Source: an uncultured Actinomycetes bacterium
Lineage (GTDB): Bacteria > Actinomycetota > UBA4738 > HRBIN12
Direction of reading: 5' to 3'
NCBI GenBank assembly: GCA_963704725.1
Contig: OY969934.1
Location: 1 to 64,000 of the forward strand
Length of the DNA: 64,000 bases
Shown: positions 50,514 to 59,388 of the stretch, in pieces
Numbering within the stretch: position 1 is the stretch's first letter
How the letters are laid out: every line of letters starts with the position of its first letter
Translations under genes and position numbers: made by a program
Notes under the pieces: model-generated
Database searches by the model: none
What the model was told of the DNA's origin: nothing
What the model saw: only the letters and a program-made list of their open reading frames with translations

Positions 50514-52349
50514 ATGCCAACGCGCTCCGACATCCGCAACGTCGCCATCGTGGCCCACGTGGACCACGGCAAGACCACGCTGGTCGACGCGATGCTGTGG
50601 CAGTCCGGCGCGTTCCGCGCCAACCAGGACGTGGCCGAGCGCGTCATGGACTCGACCGACCTGGAGCGCGAGAAGGGCATCACGATCCTGGCCAAGAACA
50701 CGGCGGTCCGCCACGGCGAGATGAAGATCAACATCGTCGACACGCCGGGGCACGCGGACTTCGGGGGCGAGGTCGAGCGCGGGCTGACGATGGTGGACGG
50801 CGTCCTGCTGCTCGTCGACGCGTCCGAGGGCCCGCTGCCGCAGACGCGGTTCGTGCTCCGCAAATCGCTCGAGGCGCGCCTGCCGGTGATCCTCGTCGTG
50901 AACAAGGTCGACCGGCCCGATGCCCGGACGAAGGAGGTCGTCGACGAGGTCTACCAGCTCTTCCTCGACCTCGACGCGGACGAGCACCAGATCGAGTTCC
51001 CGATCCTGTACGCGGACGCGCGGGCGGGGCGCTGCGGCCCTGATCCCGAGCACCTCCCACCCGATCTCGAGCCGCTGTTCGACGCGCTGCGCACCAACAT
51101 CCCCGCGCCCTCGTACGAGGCGGACCATCCGCTCCAGGCCCTCGTGACGAACCTCGACGCCTCGCCCTACGTCGGACGCCTCGCGCTGTGCCGCGTTCGC
51201 CACGGCACGATCCGACGAGGGCAGGCGGTCGCCTGGTGCCGGGCAGACGGCACGATCGAGCCGGCCAAGATCACCGAGCTCTTCGTGAGCGAGGCGCTCG
51301 ATCGCGTGGACGCCGAGGAGGCCGGGCCCGGCGAGATCGTCGCCGTCGCCGGGATCGAGGAGATCACGATCGGCGAGACGCTCGCCGATCCGGACGACCC
51401 CCGTCCGCTGCCGGTCACCCACGTCGACGAGCCGTCCCTGTCGATGACGATCGGCATCAACACCTCGCCGCTGTCCGGGCGCGACGGCACGCGGCTCACC
51501 GCCCGCCAGGTGAAGAACCGCCTGGACGCCGAGGTGGTCGGCAACGTCTCCATCCGCGTCCTGGACGGCGACCGTCCCGAACGGTGGGAGGTGCAGGGCC
51601 GGGGCGAGCTCCAGCTCGCGGTGCTCGTCGAGACGATGCGGCGCGAGGGCTTCGAGCTCACGGTGGGCAAGCCCCAGGTCGTCACCCGGACGATCGACGG
51701 TGCGCTGAACGAACCGGTGGAGCGCGTGTCCGTCGACGCCCCCGAGGAGTACCTCGGCGTCGTCTCGCAGCTCCTCGCCCTCCGCAAGGGGCGGATGGAG
51801 AACCTCGTGAACCACGGCACGGGATGGATCCGCATGGAGCACCTCGTCCCGGCCCGGGGCCTGATCGGCTTTCGGACCGAGTTCCTCACGGAGACCCGAG
51901 GCACCGGCCAGCTCCACCACGTGTTCGAGGGATACGAGCCGTGGCACGGAGACCTCCGGACGCGCCCGACCGGCTCGCTCATCGCGGACCGCATCGGGAT
52001 GAGCACGGCGTTCGCCCTCCTCACCCTGCAGGAGCGCGGCTCGTTGTTCGTCGGTCCGGGCGAGGAGATCTACGAGGGCATGATCGTCGGCGAGAACTCT
52101 CGCGCCGAGGACATCGACGTCAACCCGGCCAGGGAGAAGAAGCTCACGAACATCCGTCAATCGACGGCCGAGGAGTTCACCCGTCTCATCCCGCGGCGGA
52201 CGCTGACGCTCGAGCAGGCGCTCGAGTTCATCCGCGAGGACGAGTGCGTCGAGGTCACCCCCAACCACGTCCGCCTGCGCAAGGTCCTGCTCCCGCAGCA
52301 GGAGCGCTGGAAGGCCGCCCGCCGCGGGCGGCCCGCGACCGAGCGCTGA
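50514..52349 (+). CDS. typA: Translational GTPase TypA/BipA
   Basis: [57 protein letters not shown]. Confidence 0.97.
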   Translation: MPTRSDIRNVAIVAHVDHGKTTLVDAMLWQSGAFRANQDVAERVMDSTDLEREKGITILAKNTAVRHGEMKINIVDTPGHADFGGEVERGLTMVDGVLLLVDASEGPLPQTRFVLRKSLEARLPVILVVNKVDRPDARTKEVVDEVYQLFLDLDADEHQIEFPILYADARAGRCGPDPEHLPPDLEPLFDALRTNIPAPSYEADHPLQALVTNLDASPYVGRLALCRVRHGTIRRGQAVAWCRADGTIEPAKITELFVSEALDRVDAEEAGPGEIVAVAGIEEITIGETLADPDDPRPLPVTHVDEPSLSMTIGINTSPLSGRDGTRLTARQVKNRLDAEVVGNVSIRVLDGDRPERWEVQGRGELQLAVLVETMRREGFELTVGKPQVVTRTIDGALNEPVERVSVDAPEEYLGVVSQLLALRKGRMENLVNHGTGWIRMEHLVPARGLIGFRTEFLTETRGTGQLHHVFEGYEPWHGDLRTRPTGSLIADRIGMSTAFALLTLQERGSLFVGPGEEIYEGMIVGENSRAEDIDVNPAREKKLTNIRQSTAEEFTRLIPRRTLTLEQALEFIREDECVEVTPNHVRLRKVLLPQQERWKAARRGRPATER

Positions 52350-52413
52350 GCCCCGCCAGATTCCGGCCGTAGGCGCTTCAGGGGAGGCCCGATCGGCCGA
52401 TACCTCAACGAGG

Positions 52414-52971
52414 ATGTCCTTCTCGCTTGGGTTCGCCGAAACCCTCGCCGCCGCGCGCGCCGGCCACGGGTCGGCTCTCGGCGACCTGTTCCACGATCTC
52501 CATCCTCGGATCTACCGGTACCTCCGGGTCCTCGAACCGGGAGAAGCCGAGGATCTCGCGTCGGACGTGTGGCTCGACGTCGCGGCCGCCCTCGACCGGT
52601 TCGAGGGAGACGAGCGTGGATTGCGCATGCTCGCGTTCACCATCGCCCGGCGAAGGATGACCGAGGCGCAGAGGCGGGGCAGCCGCCATCCCTCCTTCCC
52701 GGCGGAGGTCGACCACTGGCACGAGGAGCCTGCCTCGAGCGAGGCTGACGAGGAGGCGATGACCGAGCTCGCGACCGAGGAGGCGTTGGCGCAAGTCGCC
52801 GGACTCTCCGATGACCAGGCCGAGGTGCTCCTGCTCAGGGTCCTGGGTGGCCTTCCCGTCGAGGACGTGGCTCGGGTCCTGTCGAGGCGGCCGGGCACCG
52901 TTCGACTCATCCAAGACCGGGCCCTTCGCAAGCTGGCGGAGCGCTCGATGCAACAGGAGGTCACGGCATGA
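52414..52971 (+). CDS. ECF RNA polymerase sigma factor
   Basis: AEDLASDVW, AFTIARRR, LSDDQAEVLLLRVLGGLPVEDVARVL.R.PGTVR..Q.RAL. Confidence 0.88.
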   Translation: MSFSLGFAETLAAARAGHGSALGDLFHDLHPRIYRYLRVLEPGEAEDLASDVWLDVAAALDRFEGDERGLRMLAFTIARRRMTEAQRRGSRHPSFPAEVDHWHEEPASSEADEEAMTELATEEALAQVAGLSDDQAEVLLLRVLGGLPVEDVARVLSRRPGTVRLIQDRALRKLAERSMQQEVTA

Positions 52972-54020
52972 TCCGCGCCGACGACGACCACCCCGGCCTG
53001 CGAACCGTTCGAGCCCTGGACGAAGGTACGGCGGCACGGCTGCTCTCGGGCCGGATGCCGCCGGGCATCGCCCCACGGGGATACGAACACGTGGCGGAGA
53101 TCGTCCGAGCGCTGGCCGCCCCGGCGACGGCGCTCGAGCTCGTAGGGAAGGACACGGCCGTCGCGGCGGCGGCGGCCGTGATCCAGCGGCCGGTCGCCAT
53201 CTCACCATCACGGCGGCGACGGGCGATGCCCTTCAAGGCGAAGGTTGCGTCCCTGGCATTCGCCGGCGGCCTCCTCGGAACGACCGGGCTCGCAGCGGCG
53301 GGTGTCCTGCCCGCGCCCATCCAAGACGCCGCACACCAGATCCTCTCGAAGGTAGGGATCGACGTTCCAACGTCACGCGAGCACCGCCTCGACGACGGGG
53401 AGAACGGCGTTCCATCTCCGGCCCACCGGGAGCTGAACACGAGCGGCACCGACGACGGCCAGCACCATGCCGACGGCGTAGAGGTCCCGCGCACCACAGC
53501 CACCGGCACCGGCCAAGGCGCTGGGAGCGAGGGGATCGACAACTCCGGCGGGAGCTCGGACGACAACCCCGGCAACTCCGGCGGGAACGGCGGCGGGAGC
53601 TCGGACGACAACCCCGGCAACTCCGGCGGGAACGGCGGCGGGAGCTCGGACGACAACCCCGGCAACTCCGGCGGGAGCTCGGACGACAACCCCGGCAACT
53701 CCGGCGGGAGCTCGGACGACAACCCCGGCAACGGCGGCGGGAACGGCGGCGGGAGCTCGGACGACAACCCCGGCAACTCCGGCGGGAGCTCGGACGACAA
53801 CCCCGGCAACTCCGGCGGGAGCTCGGACGACAACCCCGGCAACGGCGGCGGGAACGGCGGCGGGAGCTCGGACGACAACCCCGGCAACTCCGGCGGGAGC
53901 TCGGACGACAACCCCGGCAACGGCGGCGGGAGCTCGGACGACAACCCCGGCAACTCCGGCGGGAACTCGGACGACAACCCCGGCAACGGCGGCGGGCACT
54001 CGGAACACCCGAGCGAGTAG
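52968..54020 (+). CDS. Putative anti-sigma factor, single TM, with acidic Gly/Ser/Asn tandem-repeat tail
   Basis: ATGA overlap with sigma; N-terminal TAARLLSG...ELVG helical domain; hydrophobic GTTGLAAAGVLPAPIQ; then repeats. Confidence 0.7.
   Translation: MIRADDDHPGLRTVRALDEGTAARLLSGRMPPGIAPRGYEHVAEIVRALAAPATALELVGKDTAVAAAAAVIQRPVAISPSRRRRAMPFKAKVASLAFAGGLLGTTGLAAAGVLPAPIQDAAHQILSKVGIDVPTSREHRLDDGENGVPSPAHRELNTSGTDDGQHHADGVEVPRTTATGTGQGAGSEGIDNSGGSSDDNPGNSGGNGGGSSDDNPGNSGGNGGGSSDDNPGNSGGSSDDNPGNSGGSSDDNPGNGGGNGGGSSDDNPGNSGGSSDDNPGNSGGSSDDNPGNGGGNGGGSSDDNPGNSGGSSDDNPGNGGGSSDDNPGNSGGNSDDNPGNGGGHSEHPSE
53541..53996 (+). repeat. Coding tandem repeat, 12 x SDDNPG in 33-bp and 45-bp units
   Basis: Core GGCGGGAGCTCGGACGACAACCCCGGCAAC repeated nearly identically. 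Confidence 0.95.
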
Positions 54021-54139
54021 CCCCGGCCGGGAGGGTGTGCCAAGCGCCCGAAAGCCGGGCATTCCTCTCCAGCTACCCACCCTCTCGGAACCGGCTCACA
54101 ATGAGCCCACTCCGACGCCGGGATGGGGTGGGAACGACC

Positions 54140-55186
54140 GTGAACGACGCCACCACCGAGTACGACCTCCTGTTCTCGGGCGAGTACCCGGCCGTCGCGA
54201 GGTCCGTCTTGATGATGGTGCAGGACGCCACCCGGGCCGAGACGATCACCCAGGACGCGTTCGTCCAGCTGCTTCGAAGGTGGCGAAGGGTGGCTCGAGC
54301 GGGTCAGCCCGAGAAGTGGGTGCGCCTGTTCGCCATCAAGATCGCGTCGAAAGCCGAACGGCACGGGCGGCTTCGCTCGCTTGCCCGGCGCGCTCGCCCA
54401 CCGGGACCGACCCCCGGCGACGGGCGGGTCCCCACGGCGATCCGCGATCTGCCGCTGATGGAACGCGTCGTGCTCGTTCTGTTTCTCGTGGAGGACCGGT
54501 CTCTGCCCGAGGTCGTCCACCTCATCGGCGGCTCGAGCGCCTCGGCGCGACATCACCTCCTCCGCGCTCGCGAACACCTGGCGAGCGCGCTCGGGGATGA
54601 GGACCCACAGACCCTGGACGCCCGCGTTCGAGAGGCCCTCGAGCGCTCGGCGCCGCAGGCCGACGCTGACGCGGGACGGGCGCTCTCGTCGGTCCGGCGT
54701 CGGACCGGTCGCGTCGTGCTCCGGCGCCGGGCGGCCGGCGTGCTCGCACTCGGTGGCCTCGCCCTGGCGGCCGTCGTCCTCGGCCCGCGGGCCCTCGACA
54801 CAGGCGGGACCGATGGTCGTGCTCCCGCGCCGTCGCCGTCGGTCCGATTCGCCGGGTTCTTCAACACGGACCTCGCCGAAGCGGGCGAACCGCTCGCGAG
54901 CGCGGGCCTATCGGGCCGGTGGATGCTCGCCTTCAGGGGCGACGGGCAGGTAGGGTGGCGCGCGCCGAGGCGCTCGGGGCTCTTCGAGGGCCTGCCGCTC
55001 GACACGTTCGAGGCATCGGGTCGCCGCATCGTGACCAACCTGTTCTCCGCGGCCCTGTGCGACGGCGGCCCACCCGCGACCTACGCGTGGTCGCGGGTGG
55101 GTTCCACCCTCACGTTCGTCGCGGTGGACGACACGTGCGAGCTCCGCCGCGCCGTCCTCACGACGCGCGACTGGGCCGTCGGCTGA
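54140..55186 (+). CDS. Fused ECF sigma (SigE-like) - anti-sigma-like membrane protein
   Basis: Sigma2 (AETITQDAFVQLLRRWRRV...PEKWV), sigma4 (LPLMERVVLVL...LLRAREHL), then LDARVREALER, a TM helix and a C-terminal beta domain with 2 Cys. No internal stop. Confidence 0.75.
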   Translation: MNDATTEYDLLFSGEYPAVARSVLMMVQDATRAETITQDAFVQLLRRWRRVARAGQPEKWVRLFAIKIASKAERHGRLRSLARRARPPGPTPGDGRVPTAIRDLPLMERVVLVLFLVEDRSLPEVVHLIGGSSASARHHLLRAREHLASALGDEDPQTLDARVREALERSAPQADADAGRALSSVRRRTGRVVLRRRAAGVLALGGLALAAVVLGPRALDTGGTDGRAPAPSPSVRFAGFFNTDLAEAGEPLASAGLSGRWMLAFRGDGQVGWRAPRRSGLFEGLPLDTFEASGRRIVTNLFSAALCDGGPPATYAWSRVGSTLTFVAVDDTCELRRAVLTTRDWAVG

Positions 55187-55201
55187 GCGCCGCGAGCTGC
55201 C

Positions 55202-56572
55202 TCAGGGCTTGATGTTCTGGTTCAGGTGGAGCAGGTTGCCGGGGTCGTACGCGCGCTTGACGTCGACGAGCCGATCGTAGTTCCCGCGGTAGTTGGCCTT
55301 GATCCGATCCTGGTCGTCGTCGGCCATGAAGTTCACGTACCCGCCCTCCTCCGAGAGCGGAGCCGTCGCTTCGTAGTACCGGCGCACCCAGGCGATGTTC
55401 GCCTCGTTGTGGCCCGGCTCCGGCCACATGCCGGCGATGACCGTGGCGAAGTTGGCGTCTCGGTACGCGAACGCCGTCGCATCTGACGCCACGCGGTGCA
55501 CAGCCCCGTTGATCGGGTAGATGTGCACAGTCGAGTTCACGACCGGCACGTCCGGTCCGTTGGCTGCGTGGGCGGCGATCGCCGCGTCGGTCAGCTCGGT
55601 CACGAAGTTGGCCTTCCAGTAGTGTTGGAGCCCCGCGGGCACGAGCGCGTCGAACGCGCTGTTCAGTGCGGGATACGGCATCGGGCCGACGTGCTCCGCG
55701 ACCACCGGAGCCACGTCGTGGAACGGCTTCAGCGCCTTCTCCCCCTCCTCAAGCGGCCCCGCCCAGCAGGCGACCATCGCGATGAACGTGTCGCCGTGGC
55801 GATCCTCGGGGATGAACGGGAGGGGCGGCGCGATCTGGAACGCGGGGAACGCGCCCATCTGCTCCGGAGCGTCGGCGATGTAGTCGCGATAGAAGCGCAG
55901 GACGTTCTCGACCTCGCTCAGCTCGAAGAACATGGGGCCGCCGTAGATGTCCTTCACCGGGTGGAGCCGGAACTCGAGCGACGTGACGACGCCGAAGTTC
56001 CCGCCGCCGCCCCGCAGCGCCCAGAACAGGTCCGCGTGCTCGTCCTCGCTCGCCACCAGGAACCGCCCGTCGGCCGTCACCACGTCGGCCGAGATCAGGT
56101 TGTCCAGCGACAGGCCGCAGCTCCGTGCGAGGTAGCCGATGCCGCCCCCGAGCGTGAGGCCGGCGACGCCGGTCGTCGAGATGATCCCACCGGTCGTGGC
56201 GAGACCGAACGGATACGTCGCGGCGTTGAAGTCGCCCCACGTGGCCCCGCCTTCGGCGCGCGCCGTCTGGGTGACGGGGTCCACTCGGACGCCGCGCATC
56301 CGCGACAGGTCGATCACGACACCGTCGTCGCACGTGCCGAACCCGGGCACGCTGTGGCCGCCGTCGCGCACCGCGAGGTCCACACCGGCCTCGCGCGCGA
56401 GGTTCACGGCGGCCATGACGTCGCCGGCGTTCGCCGCCCGAACGACCACCGCCGGCCGCCGTTCGATCATGGCGTTGTAGACGCGACGGGCCTCGTCGTA
56501 GCGCTCGTCGTCGGATCCGATCACGTCACCCCGCACCTGAGCGCGGAGCTCGTCGATCGCCAGCGTCTGCAT
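55202..56572 (-). CDS. FAD-binding oxidoreductase (FAD_binding_4 + BBE)
   Basis: VRDGGHSVPG, GLTLGGGIG, DLFWALRGGGGNFGVVT, YVNF, KRAYDPGN; GGAGG RBS. Confidence 0.93.
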   Translation of the reverse strand: MQTLAIDELRAQVRGDVIGSDDERYDEARRVYNAMIERRPAVVVRAANAGDVMAAVNLAREAGVDLAVRDGGHSVPGFGTCDDGVVIDLSRMRGVRVDPVTQTARAEGGATWGDFNAATYPFGLATTGGIISTTGVAGLTLGGGIGYLARSCGLSLDNLISADVVTADGRFLVASEDEHADLFWALRGGGGNFGVVTSLEFRLHPVKDIYGGPMFFELSEVENVLRFYRDYIADAPEQMGAFPAFQIAPPLPFIPEDRHGDTFIAMVACWAGPLEEGEKALKPFHDVAPVVAEHVGPMPYPALNSAFDALVPAGLQHYWKANFVTELTDAAIAAHAANGPDVPVVNSTVHIYPINGAVHRVASDATAFAYRDANFATVIAGMWPEPGHNEANIAWVRRYYEATAPLSEEGGYVNFMADDDQDRIKANYRGNYDRLVDVKRAYDPGNLLHLNQNIKP

Positions 56573-56620
56573 GCGAAGCCTCCTCCAACTCGGGCCCGGG
56601 CGGCACCGTACGGCCGCCTC

Positions 56621-56670
56621 GTGTGAGCCGGGGTGTGAAGCTAGGTGTGAACCGTCGTGAGAGTCGGTGA
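56621..56670. promoter_or_regulatory. Direct-repeat array, likely SARP/BTAD activator sites
   Basis: GTGTGA x3 and xxGTGA x2 spaced 12,12,10,10 bp, ending 10 bp from TACGGT -10 on the minus strand. Confidence 0.6.
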
Positions 56671-56720
56671 CGCGCGTCACCCTTGTCCGGATCCGGCCGA
56701 ACCCCCAGGATGGGCCGGTC

Positions 56721-58574
56721 ATGCCGGTCACCGCACACCTGCTCGGCCCGCCGCTCGTGGTCCGGGACGGGGTCGTGTACGCCGCCCCGAAGGGTCGCAA
56801 GGCCTGGGCCATCCTGGCCTACCTCGCGCTCGCCGAGCGCCCGCCGAGCCGGCAGCAGCTCATCGACCTGCTGTTCCCCGACGCGGAGGACCCCGGCGGG
56901 GCACTGCGATGGAACCTGTCCGAGCTGCGCCGGCTGCTCGGCGGGCCGAACACCGTCGGCAGCGCGACCACCGTCCAGCTTCGCCTCCCCGAGGGATCGG
57001 TGGTCGACGTCCAGGTCCTCATGGCGGGGAGCTCGGTCGAGGCCGTCGACCTGCCCGGCCTCGGCCGGGAGCTGCTCGAGGGCGTCGAGGTCGAGGCGAG
57101 TCCGGGGTTCGCGGCGTGGCTCCTCGGCGAGCGGCGGCGGCTCCAAGCGCTGAGCGAGGCGGTGCTCCGCGAGGGTGCGCTGCGCGCGCTCGCCTCGGGC
57201 AACGCCCGGGCGGCCGTCGAGCTCGCCACGCGTCTGGTCGCCGCGAGCCCGCTGGACGAGGACGCCCACGCGCTCCTGATCCGCGCGTTCGCCGGGACCG
57301 GGGACGAGATCGCCGTTCGGCGCCAACTCTCGGCCTCGGCCGAGCTGTTCCGGCGGGAGCTGGGTGTGGAGCCCGGACCCGAGCTCGCCGAGGCGGCGCG
57401 GATGGACGGGAGCGAGTCGCGCGGCGGCGCGGGAGGTGGGCTCGTCGCGCTGCGTGCGCTCCTCGAGTCCGGTGAGGCCGCTGTGAACGCCGGCGCGATC
57501 GGGCCGGGGATCGAGATCCTCCGCAACGCCGTGGCCGGATGCAGCGAATCGGACGAGACCGCGCTCGAGGCCGCCGCCCTGCTGGCGCTCGGCACCGCCC
57601 TGATCCATGCGACGAAGGGCAAGGACGAGGAGGGCGCCGCCGCGCTCCACCGGAGCATCGCCGCCGCCGAGACGGCGGGCGAGCGAGCCATCGCCGCCTC
57701 GGCCCACCGGGAGCTCGGGTACGTCGAGCTGCTACGCGGGGACTACGTGCGCTCGCGAACATGGCTCGAGACCGCCGAGGAGCTCGCCGACGGCGACGCG
57801 GTCGAGCTCTCGAAGATCCACGCGATGACGGGGACCCGGCTCGCCGACGCCGGCGCCCACGACCGGGCGATCGAAGCCTTCGCCCATTCGATCCGGCTCG
57901 CGTCCCGGTCGGGGCAGGCCAAGCAGGAGGCGTGGTCCACGGCCGTCCTCGGTCGCACGCGGTTACTCCGCGGCGAGCTCGACCTGGCCGAGGAGTCACT
58001 CAGCCGAGCGCGCGAGCTGACGAAGGCCGAGCGCTGGACGGCGTTCCTCGCATATCCCGAGGCGTTGCTCGCCGAGGTGTGGGTCCGCCGGGGCGACCTG
58101 ACCCGGGCGGCCGAGGCGTTCGAGCACGCGTTCGCGCTCGGCTGCCAGGTCGACGACGCCTGCTGGGAGGCGTACGGCGTCCGAGGCTTCGGCCTGCTCA
58201 AGGCGGCCCGGGGCGACCTCGACGGAGCCGTGGAGAGCATGGACGAGGCGATCACCCGGTGCGCGCGCCAGCGAGACACACACCTGTGGCTGCGCGCCTA
58301 CGTGCTCGACGCGCTGTGCGCGGTAGCCGTCAGGGCCGGCCACCCCAAGGCCGGACGTTGGGTCACCGACCTCGCCTCGCTCACGGGCCGGTCGGGGATG
58401 CGAGAGCTGTCGGTCCGCGCATACCTGTACCGGCGGGAGCTCGGCGACCCCACGGCGATCGAGGGCGCCCGGGCGCTCGCCATCGGCGTCGAGAACCCCC
58501 ACCTGCTGGACCTCGTCGCGCTCGACGGGCCCTCGCTCCTGGACGACCTGCTCGGCAAGGTCGCCCGCCCCTAG
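56721..58574 (+). CDS. BTAD/SARP-type transcriptional activator with TPR
   Basis: HLLGPPLV, RKAWAILAYLAL, ALRWNLSELRRLLG, PLDEDAH..LIR, FRRELGVEPG. Confidence 0.9.
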   Translation: MPVTAHLLGPPLVVRDGVVYAAPKGRKAWAILAYLALAERPPSRQQLIDLLFPDAEDPGGALRWNLSELRRLLGGPNTVGSATTVQLRLPEGSVVDVQVLMAGSSVEAVDLPGLGRELLEGVEVEASPGFAAWLLGERRRLQALSEAVLREGALRALASGNARAAVELATRLVAASPLDEDAHALLIRAFAGTGDEIAVRRQLSASAELFRRELGVEPGPELAEAARMDGSESRGGAGGGLVALRALLESGEAAVNAGAIGPGIEILRNAVAGCSESDETALEAAALLALGTALIHATKGKDEEGAAALHRSIAAAETAGERAIAASAHRELGYVELLRGDYVRSRTWLETAEELADGDAVELSKIHAMTGTRLADAGAHDRAIEAFAHSIRLASRSGQAKQEAWSTAVLGRTRLLRGELDLAEESLSRARELTKAERWTAFLAYPEALLAEVWVRRGDLTRAAEAFEHAFALGCQVDDACWEAYGVRGFGLLKAARGDLDGAVESMDEAITRCARQRDTHLWLRAYVLDALCAVAVRAGHPKAGRWVTDLASLTGRSGMRELSVRAYLYRRELGDPTAIEGARALAIGVENPHLLDLVALDGPSLLDDLLGKVARP

Positions 58575-58933
58575 AACGGCGGCTCAGGCGGCTTCGTCGA
58601 GGCCGGCGCTAGGCCCCCCGGCGGACGGTACGCCACGGCCTTCTTCGCCGCGGCGTCCACCTCTTCCGGTGTGAGCAGCACCGTCGTCTTCACCCGGACG
58701 GCCCCGGAGGCGGCCACGGTCAGGCTGATGGCCGCGGCGGTCTCGGCGTCGGGAACGTCCGCGATCACGTACACATCGTGCTCGCCGAACGCGAAGTAGA
58801 AGGCCTCGACCACGCCGCCGAAGTCCTCCACGGTGACCCGCTCGATCGCCGAGAGCCGACCGGTCCCGCCCTCCTTGAGGATCCCGCGGATGCCGTCCGG
58901 TGTGTACGAGGCCTGCCACAGGTACCGCGTCAC
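58571..58933 (-). CDS. GYD-domain protein
   Basis: QASYTPDG, GGTGR, FYFAFGEHD, YRPPG. True stop probably TAG 58611-58609 with one extra G in a homopolymer. Confidence 0.85.
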   Translation of the reverse strand: MTRYLWQASYTPDGIRGILKEGGTGRLSAIERVTVEDFGGVVEAFYFAFGEHDVYVIADVPDAETAAAISLTVAASGAVRVKTTVLLTPEEVDAAAKKAVAYRPPGGLAPASTKPPEPPF

Positions 58934-59028
58934 GACGCCCCCCTTCTCGCGCCCGGGCTTCGGGCCGGATCCGGGAAGGATGACGCATCCCCCGGCCCGC
59001 CGGATCGCGTTCGGGACCTGCGCCGGGA

Positions 59029-59325
59029 TCAGGGCTCGACGCGAGGCCCGTCGGGGTGCGCGAACACCACGCCGGCGGCGGCCTTGCGGGCGCGGCACCG
59101 GATCACGACGCCCGGGACGATGTCCGGACCGACGCCGGCCCTGGACACCCGAACGTCGAGCGAGGTCCCGACGCGGTCCTCGAGGAGGTTCGGGGAGCCC
59201 TCGACGGGATCGACGCGCTCCACGGCCACACGGATCGTCGCGAACCCCGACTCCGACGCCGGATCCGGCTCGATCGCCGTGACCGATCCGGTGACGTCGG
59301 CCCAGTTCTCGACGACCTGCGCCAT
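59029..59325 (-). CDS. Small beta-rich hypothetical protein (OB-fold-like)
   Basis: 98 aa MAQVVENWADVTGSV...IRVAVERVDPVEGSPNLL...IRCRARK; directly downstream of the M6 protease. Confidence 0.7.
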   Translation of the reverse strand: MAQVVENWADVTGSVTAIEPDPASESGFATIRVAVERVDPVEGSPNLLEDRVGTSLDVRVSRAGVGPDIVPGVVIRCRARKAAAGVVFAHPDGPRVEP

Positions 59326-59388
59326 CCCGTCGAAGGCTACCCCGAGTAGGCCGAGGGGGGCTCTCGACCTAATCCTGTGGGCCCCACG

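Noticed and set aside
53541-53996. Regular ~33-45 bp repeats resembling a CRISPR array
   Set aside because: No unique spacers, units are in-frame multiples of 3 inside an ORF, and there are no cas genes.
52811-54139. 791-aa ORF reading through the repeat into the sigma fusion
   Set aside because: The upstream part is an alternative frame of the repeat gene (RELGRQPRQL). The credible start is GTG 54140.
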